Source: Halalkalibacterium halodurans
Lineage (GTDB): Bacteria; Bacillota; Bacilli; Bacillales; Bacillaceae_D
Direction: 5' to 3'
Length of the DNA: 6,463 nucleotides
NCBI RefSeq assembly: GCF_004376175.1
Contig: NZ_SNUY01000107.1
Coordinates: forward strand, 1-6,463
Position 1 is the stretch's first letter; each line of letters opens with the position of its first letter. The notes beneath the pieces were generated by a model. That model worked only from the letters and a program-made list of their open reading frames with translations. It was not told where the DNA came from and searched no databases. Below are positions 1-6,463 of this stretch, in pieces. Position numbers and translations under genes: made by a program.

Positions 1-846
1 ATAGAATTGTTCTTCAGCCTGTGAGTGAGTGAAGGACCGGTAGATTGCCTTCAGATCTTCAGCGACTTCTTCTCGATCCTTCTTACGCACACGATTTAAG
101 GTGTGTCGTACTTTGTGTACCACACAACGCTGGACATCTGCTTTCGGATAAAGGCTTTTAAAAGCTTCTTCTAAGCCAGGAAGTCCATCAAATACACCGA
201 GTAAGACTTCCTTCAGCCCACGTTGATAGAGGTCTTGAAGCATCTCTTGCCAACCAAGAGCACTCTCTTGACCACCAATGTAGAAACCTAACAGTTCACG
301 ATATCCTTCTACAGTGACTCCAATGGCAAAGTAAATCACTTCGTTCGCCACGGTGTCACGGCGGAGTTTGATATACATGCCATCCAGATATAGCACAGAA
401 TAGCGTGGGTGTAATTCGCGTTGCTGCCACGCCTGGATATCTTCCATGGCCACTTCCGTGATATTACTGATGGTCGTGGCAGAGTAAGAAGAACCGAGAA
501 TGCGTTCAATGAACTTCCCTACTTCACGGGTACTCATGCCACTTTGATACATCTTGATAATGGTTTCCTCAAGCCATCCATCTCGACGTTGGTAAGGAGC
601 AAAGAGCTGAGTTTGAAATTCACCTCGGCGATCTCGTGGTACTGATAATTCTTCGATTTTGCCGTATCTCGTGTCTAATGAACGTTTATAATATCCATTT
701 TTGCTGTTTGGATGATTAGGTCTTTCAACTTTCAAGTAGTTATCCAGTTCTGCTTTCATGATGATTTCAAGTCTTTCTTGAATAAATGATTTTATGATTT
801 CTTCCAGTTGATTTGTGAAGTCGGAATTGTTTATACTTGATGACAT
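1..846 (-). CDS. IS256-family (Mutator-like DDE) transposase, N-terminal 282 codons; 3' end is outside the window
   Basis: The start is an ATG (plus-strand cat at 844-846). I checked every in-frame plus-strand triplet from 1 to 846 for tta, cta and tca and found none, so the frame is open to the window edge. The translation begins MSSSINNSDFTNQLEEIIKSFIQERLEIIMKAELDNYLKVERPNHPNSKNGYYKRSLDTRYGKIEELSVPRDRRGEFQTQLFAPYQRRDGWLEETIIKMYQSGMSTREVGKFIERILG. It continues through YSVLYLDGMYIKLRR, LLGVFDGLPGLEEAFKSLYPKADVQRCVVHKVRHTL. These are the hallmark IS256 blocks (GYY.R.L.T..G.I.L.VPRDR.G.F, MY..G.STR, DG.PGL, QRC.VH). An AGAGGAG sits about 12 nt upstream of the ATG. The ORF is absent from the supplied track only because it has no stop inside the window. 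Confidence 0.92.
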   Translation of the reverse strand, partial: MSSSINNSDFTNQLEEIIKSFIQERLEIIMKAELDNYLKVERPNHPNSKNGYYKRSLDTRYGKIEELSVPRDRRGEFQTQLFAPYQRRDGWLEETIIKMYQSGMSTREVGKFIERILGSSYSATTISNITEVAMEDIQAWQQRELHPRYSVLYLDGMYIKLRRDTVANEVIYFAIGVTVEGYRELLGFYIGGQESALGWQEMLQDLYQRGLKEVLLGVFDGLPGLEEAFKSLYPKADVQRCVVHKVRHTLNRVRKKDREEVAEDLKAIYRSFTHSQAEEQFY

Positions 847-946
847 AGGTAGGGATTACTCCTCTCTTATGGAATCTCGACAATTCCGAGGATACCCTAC
901 CTATTTTTATGTTTTCAAGGGCTTACACAAAATATTTTACGTCATC
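1..946 (-). mobile_element. IS256-family insertion sequence, transposase-proximal end only; the rest lies beyond the window start
   Basis: It contains the IS256-type transposase ORF (1-846) plus a 100-bp leader. Read on the minus strand from 946, the outer terminus is GATGACGTAAAATATTTTGTGTAAG, which resembles my recollection of the IS256 terminal inverted repeat (GATAAAGTCCGTATAATTGTGTAAAA). Homology between direct-repeat copy A (947-1011) and copy B (1627-1690) stops exactly at 946/947, which independently places the IS boundary there. Confidence 0.8.
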
Positions 947-1011
947 TTAAATTGGGAATCTTATTGTATGGAATAATTAATATGTTCATCCTTAAATAAT
1001 TGGGTCGTCGT
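947..1011. repeat. Direct repeat copy A (65 bp), immediately adjacent to the IS256 end
   Basis: Positions 947-992 (ttaaattgggaatcttattgtatggaataattaatatgttcatcct, 46 bp) are identical to 1627-1672. After a 1-nt indel, aaataatt matches exactly, and gggtcgtcgt matches aggccgtcat at 7 of 10 positions. Confidence 0.9.
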
Positions 1012-1127
1012 AAACAATACACATAACACGACACATCTATATATGAGAATGGAATAGGACATTTATTTCCTATCATATGGTTATGTGAAAAGCACAGTTT
1101 ATCTTTTTTAATGGTTATTTTTTCCAC

Positions 1128-1165
1128 AAGAAAAGACATCGCATCCTAGTGCAATGTCTCTTCTT
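1128..1165 (-). terminator. Probable intrinsic terminator hairpin for the small gene at 1187-1519
   Basis: The inverted repeat is aagaaaagacat (1128-1139) and atgtctcttctt (1154-1165), with 11 of 12 bases paired and an inner gca/tgc extension. It lies 22 nt downstream of the minus-strand stop codon at 1187. On the minus strand the 3' arm is U-rich (AUGUCUUUUCUU), but no separate U-tract follows, so this is not a textbook terminator. Confidence 0.45.
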
Positions 1166-1186
1166 AAAATTTATTGTAAATAACGA

Positions 1187-1519
1187 TTATACAGTGCCAT
1201 TACCGTTTTCACCGTTACCATTGTCTGCGTCTAATATGTCTTCCATCTTAAATTGAAGTAACATTTGGGTTTTCAATGCAGTTTTTAATGTTCGGTTTAC
1301 TGTTTCATTGATTGTAATTAAATCATCAATGTTTGTAGCGGCTACATTAGTGTTTTCTGGTAAAGTACCAACCACCGCTTGAATTTTTTCAGCTTCAGCA
1401 TTAATAACATGAGCTAGACCTAGTTCTTCAAATGCGACAGAAGCTAATAATAGATTAATGACATCCTCTCTGTTGATATCAATAGAAGGTGTTACGTTTG
1501 GAATATTCGGGAAAGACAT
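1187..1519 (-). CDS. Small hypothetical protein, 110 aa; acidic and Asn-rich, predicted helical hairpin with an Asn/Gly-rich tail; family not recognised
   Basis: The ATG at 1519-1517 is preceded by AAAGGAGTG (plus-strand 1528-1536) with an 8-nt spacer. The stop is TAA at 1189-1187, followed by a hairpin. The protein has no Cys, Trp or Tyr and no signal-peptide-like N-terminus. It has two amphipathic helix-like stretches (EDVINLLLASVAFEELGLAHVINAEAEKIQAVV and IDDLITINETVNRTLKTALKTQMLLQFKMEDIL) and a DADNGNGENGNGTV tail. Confidence 0.72.
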   Translation of the reverse strand: MSFPNIPNVTPSIDINREDVINLLLASVAFEELGLAHVINAEAEKIQAVVGTLPENTNVAATNIDDLITINETVNRTLKTALKTQMLLQFKMEDILDADNGNGENGNGTV

Positions 1520-1626
1520 TTATCAATCACTCCTTTAGATTTTATATATGTAGAGTATTCATTAAGAGGATTATCGATTGGGCAAGTAACTATTAATAGT
1601 GCCTAATTTTGAGAAGAGATTAAAGA

Positions 1627-1690
1627 TTAAATTGGGAATCTTATTGTATGGAATAATTAATATGTTCATCCTAAATAATTAGGCCGTCAT
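1627..1690. repeat. Direct repeat copy B (64 bp), in the divergent intergenic region between the small gene and the methyltransferase fragment
   Basis: See copy A: 46 bp are identical, followed by a degenerate tail. It lies 108-171 nt upstream of the minus-strand small gene start (1519) and 121-184 nt upstream of the plus-strand ATG at 1811. Confidence 0.9.
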
Positions 1691-1810
1691 TTATAGGGGG
1701 CTAGAATAATATAAAAAGGAGTAAGTTCGTGACATCTATATCACGTTTTAGGTCTAAACCTATTAGAAAGAATAGAAATAATACAGTTGAAAAAAGAAGG
1801 AGGCGACTAC

Positions 1811-2047
1811 ATGCCAACTAGTTGGATTCAAGCTATACCTGAAATAATGGAGGAAGTTGAAAGATTCAAACCTAATTCCATATTGGACATTGGTATTGGG
1901 TTTGGTAAATATGGAGTTTTATTACGGGAGTCATTGGAACTTCCCTATGAGCGTTATAGTAAATCAGATTGGAAGGTTAGATTGGATGGTGTTGAAGCAT
2001 TTACAAACTATAAAAACCCCATTCATGAACACGTTTATGACAAGGTG
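1811..2047 (+). pseudogene. Class I SAM-dependent methyltransferase, 5' fragment (about 79 codons) truncated by the IS21-family insertion
   Basis: The ATG at 1811 is preceded by AAGGAGG (1797-1803) with a 7-nt spacer. The TTG at 1787 used by the ORF track is probably not the start. The translation is MPTSWIQAIPEIMEEVERFKPNSILDIGIGFGKYGVLLRE...VRLDGVEAFTNYKNPIHEHVYDKV. It contains the Gly-rich SAM-binding motif I (ILDIGIGFGKYG) and the acidic post-I strand (RLDGVE). From 2048-2049 the frame reads into the IS terminal repeat (LFFASKKYRELQ...) and stops at 2128. Class I methyltransferase folds need roughly 150 or more residues, so this fragment cannot be functional. Confidence 0.65.
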
Positions 2048-2048
2048 T

Positions 2049-2090
2049 TGTTTTTTGCAAGCAAAAAGTACAGAGAGTTGCAGCGAAAAA
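2049..2090. repeat. IS21-family terminal inverted repeat, istB-proximal end
   Basis: TGTTTTTTGCAAGCAAAAAGTACAGAGAGTTGCAGCGAAAAA aligns with the reverse complement of 4464-4505 (TGTTTAGTGCAAAATAAAAGTACATAGTATTGCAAAGAAAAA), 32 of 42 identical. Confidence 0.75.
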
Positions 2091-2117
2091 TACAAAGGCT
2101 TGCAGCTCTTTTTATTT

Positions 2118-4369
<2,252 letters not shown>

Positions 4370-4463
4370 CCTTTCATGACCTCCACTGATTGAATTCGAC
4401 ACTCAAAACAGTAGAGAATTTGATTGGGGCTTGCAAGCCTTTTTTTGTGCAGAAATTCTGCAC

Positions 4464-4505
4464 TTTTTCTTTGCAATACTATGTACTTTTATTTTGCACT
4501 AAACA
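4464..4505. repeat. IS21-family terminal inverted repeat, istA-proximal end
   Basis: It is the partner of 2049-2090 (32 of 42 identical). Further in, the palindrome GGCTTGCAAGCC (4428-4439) matches GGCTTGCAGC at 2097-2106 at the other end, which extends the interrupted repeat homology. Confidence 0.75.
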
Positions 4506-5086
4506 AGCCTTTTATCTTTTGGAATGATATCGTCTTTGTTACTGCAATCTGCACGTAATTGAAGGGCTGGATCTGCTGATAAAACATGCTTTGTTATACC
4601 AAGTGAATTTAATATTTGAAAAGAATCTTGATCTCGTACAGTAATCGCGTCCACAATGTCCGCAATCCATTTCATCGTTTTTAAGGAATCTTCTTGACTT
4701 AATGGGCCAATGCCTACACCATAAAGCATTGTTTTTACATTGAGCATCTTAGCCAAAATAATAGGAGCTAAATAATAGTTTAATGCCCCTTCTTGATTAT
4801 GAAATAAGTTTTCAGGGTGGGACTCGTTATAGTCTTGGAATAACCCACCACCCCCTACAATAAGTAACGAGCTTTCCTTTAAGACTTTCGTAATTTCCTC
4901 AAAGTTTAATCCTAAGATGTAGTTAACATTTGCTGTGCCATAGTAAGGCTTTAGTTGTTTAGACCTTATAACGACTGTAACCTCTACATTCTTATTTATT
5001 GATTGTAATTGATTAATAATGACATGAAGAATTGCATCGTCCCCGGCATTTCCAGCACCATAGAAGCCATGGATCAATACTTTCAT
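4499..5086 (-). pseudogene. Polysaccharide pyruvyl transferase (CsaB/PS_pyruv_trans-like), N-terminal portion of about 193 aa truncated by the IS21-family insertion
   Basis: The translation MKVLIHGFYGAGNAGDDAILHVII...LLIVGGGGLFQDYNES...LNYYLAPIILAKMLNVKTMLYGVGIGPL matches the conserved N-terminal blocks of CsaB-type pyruvyl transferases (G.YG..N.GD.AIL; GGG.L.QD; YY; G.GIGP). An AAGAGGTG sits 9 nt upstream of the ATG at 5086. The last two codons and the TAG stop (4499-4505) are supplied by the IS terminal repeat. Family members are normally longer than 300 aa. Confidence 0.78.
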
Positions 5087-5130
5087 TTAAATGAACACCT
5101 CTTTCTAATAACATTATTGGCTCTAAATTC

Positions 5131-6144
5131 TTAAATTTCATTTAATAATGATTCTAATTTTTTTGCGCGGTTTTCCCACGAGTTCTCAAGAGCAAAGCGT
5201 ATTCGTCCTTGTGCATTTCCTGGATGTACTAGCCTTTTCTTGACTAATTTTATGAACTGCTTCCTTGTATTGGCTACATCTACATAAGGAGCTAACAGTC
5301 TACATTCGGGGAGATTCGTTGATATAACTGGCTTTCCTGCTGATAGGTATTCATAGGCTTTTACTGGATTAGTAGCGCGTGTTGTAGGAGTCATTTGGAA
5401 AGGAATTAAACATACAGAAAAGGCATGAATATAATGTTTTAATTCTTGATGAGGTTTAATTCCTAGATACGTTACGCCCTCTAACTTCCTTTCAGAAAAC
5501 TTTCTACCAAATTCAGGCCCTATAACAACGATCTCCACTCCCTCTAGTTCATCTTTCATTTTTTTTACGAGCATCTCATCAATCCAAGGTGCCCATGCTC
5601 CAACATATCCTACAATCCCATTCCCATTTTTAGGTAAATCTATAGGATAAATATGATCGGATTCACTTTGTATATGAAGTCCTAAGTCAGTATCGTAAGC
5701 ATTACGTGCCATCTCAATCCTTTTATTAGAATGTTCTCGCGTCATGCGGTTGAAAAGACGTTGGGAGGAACAAACAATGGCGTCTGCAGATTGAGCCATT
5801 TTTTCTTCATATGGAAGCCATTGTGGAAATTCATCAATACAATCATAGATCACCTTATCAGGGTTATATTGCTGAATAAAGTCAACAAGCTTGGGCCAAC
5901 TATTCCAAACAATTACTTTATCCATTGTTCTTCTTCTCATCTCGGAAAATTGACTCTTTATCCACTTTGCATGGTTAAAGACGACAAACAGATTTTCCTC
6001 CACTTCTTCAATGGGTTTATCTTCAAACGTTTTATTACAATAACAGACGATGTGGCCATTTCTCGCAAATTGTTTTGCTAATTGTTGGGGCCGTTGTTTC
6101 ATCCACGACCAATCGATTGTAGGTGGAAAAATAATAATACTCAT
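5131..6144 (-). CDS. GT-B fold glycosyltransferase (GT4-like / TuaH-like), 337 aa
   Basis: The N-terminal block IDWSWMKQRPQQLAKQFARNGHIVCY is typical of TuaH-like group 1 glycosyltransferases. The C-terminal nucleotide-sugar binding region is NPVKAYEYLSAGKPVISTNLPE. An AAAGGTGA (plus-strand 6151-6158) sits 6 nt upstream of the ATG at 6144. The gene lies 44 nt upstream of, and on the same strand as, the pyruvyl transferase gene, so the two are probably an operon. Confidence 0.82.
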   Translation of the reverse strand: MSIIIFPPTIDWSWMKQRPQQLAKQFARNGHIVCYCNKTFEDKPIEEVEENLFVVFNHAKWIKSQFSEMRRRTMDKVIVWNSWPKLVDFIQQYNPDKVIYDCIDEFPQWLPYEEKMAQSADAIVCSSQRLFNRMTREHSNKRIEMARNAYDTDLGLHIQSESDHIYPIDLPKNGNGIVGYVGAWAPWIDEMLVKKMKDELEGVEIVVIGPEFGRKFSERKLEGVTYLGIKPHQELKHYIHAFSVCLIPFQMTPTTRATNPVKAYEYLSAGKPVISTNLPECRLLAPYVDVANTRKQFIKLVKKRLVHPGNAQGRIRFALENSWENRAKKLESLLNEI

Positions 6145-6190
6145 GCTTGATCACCTTTGTTTTTCAAAATCTTTTATAGCCAAGCTGCTT

Positions 6191-6218
6191 CTATACTATG
6201 ATTGCTTGCTTCTCAATG
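6191..6218 (-). promoter_or_regulatory. Candidate sigma-K-type (mother-cell, late sporulation) promoter for the glycosyltransferase operon
   Basis: The minus strand reads AC (6218-6217), then a 17-nt spacer, then CATAGTATA (6199-6191). This matches the B. subtilis sigma-K consensus AC-N16/17-CATAnnnTA exactly. It would place a transcription start about 40 nt upstream of the ATG. The motif carries little information and I found no convincing sigma-A -35/-10 pair nearby. This is a hypothesis, not a demonstration. Confidence 0.3.
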
Positions 6219-6463
6219 TTTAGACTTTGGAGCAATTTATTAGCCTGCTTTTTGCTCGACCGTCACGTAGAATCATAGTCGAATCAGATCCAATCAAATG
6301 AAAAGTCCTAACATATACTGCACTAAACAGAACTTCTATGGTAGTGTCAAAAGTTCTATGAAAAACTAGCACGGTTCATACTACCTACCATTTATTAGGT
6401 GGAAATGCCACGCTATCGCTCTTGACAAACACACCAATGGTTTATTCAGAGGTCAATCAAGGG

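Noticed and set aside
421-645. 74-aa plus-strand ORF from the track
   Set aside because: It lies entirely antisense within the strongly supported IS256-family transposase frame. It has no RBS and no recognisable motifs.
942-1139. 65-aa minus-strand ORF from the track (MSFLVEKITIKK...)
   Set aside because: Its ATG lies inside the terminator-like hairpin arm (1128-1139). It has no SD sequence, runs across repeat copy A to the IS256 terminus, and gives a Cys/Ile/Tyr-rich, low-plausibility sequence. It is most likely a chance ORF in AT-rich DNA.
1520-1626. Sigma-A, sigma-E or sigma-K promoter immediately upstream of the small gene (for example CATATATAA at 1546-1554 on the minus strand)
   Set aside because: None of the candidate hexamers has a properly spaced -35 partner or fits a consensus without mismatches. 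I could not support a specific promoter call here.
4428-4446. Perfect palindrome GGCTTGCAAGCC followed by T7, resembling a plus-strand terminator
   Set aside because: The palindrome has no loop, so the usable stem is only about 4 bp. A related motif occurs at the other IS end (2097-2106). It is better explained as part of the repeated subterminal IstA-binding and inverted-repeat architecture.
5731-6081. 116-aa plus-strand ORF
   Set aside because: It is antisense inside the glycosyltransferase gene, with no RBS and no motif.
6319-6329. An 11-mer, tgcactaaaca, identical to the IS21 right terminus (4495-4505), which might be a solo inverted-repeat remnant or a preferred target
   Set aside because: Similarity does not extend convincingly inward beyond the 11-mer. 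Several chance 11-mer repeats are expected within an AT-rich sequence of about 6.5 kb, so it is not significant on its own.
6422-6446. TTGACA (6422-6427) with a downstream TGgTTTATT extended -10-like element, as a rightward sigma-A promoter
   Set aside because: The spacer between the two elements is only about 13 nt. The -10 is poor, and no downstream gene is visible in the window to support it.

Overview
This is a visibly AT-rich window with Bacillus-type Shine-Dalgarno sites, so it is probably from a low-GC Firmicute. It reads as the remains of a cell-surface or spore-surface glycan-modification locus broken up by two unrelated insertion sequences. On the minus strand, a GT-B glycosyltransferase (5131-6144) is followed by a CsaB-like polysaccharide pyruvyl transferase (4499-5086). 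A complete IS21-family element (about 2049-4505, istA and istB) cuts off the C-terminus of the pyruvyl transferase. The other side of the same IS cuts off a plus-strand class I SAM methyltransferase after about 79 codons (1811-2047). The left edge (1-946) is the transposase-proximal end of an IS256-family element. Its 282-codon open frame runs off the window, so it is missing from the supplied ORF track. Between the two IS elements sits a well-signalled orphan gene for a 110-aa acidic, Asn-rich protein (1187-1519, minus strand). It is bracketed by a 64-65 bp direct repeat, and one repeat copy directly abuts the IS256 end. I found no CRISPR array, no tRNA or rRNA gene, and no recognisable defence or toxin system. 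The best candidates for something undescribed are the orphan small protein with its repeat module, and a possible mother-cell (sigma-K/GerE-like) regulatory signature. That signature would make this a spore-surface locus, but it is inference from short motifs only.
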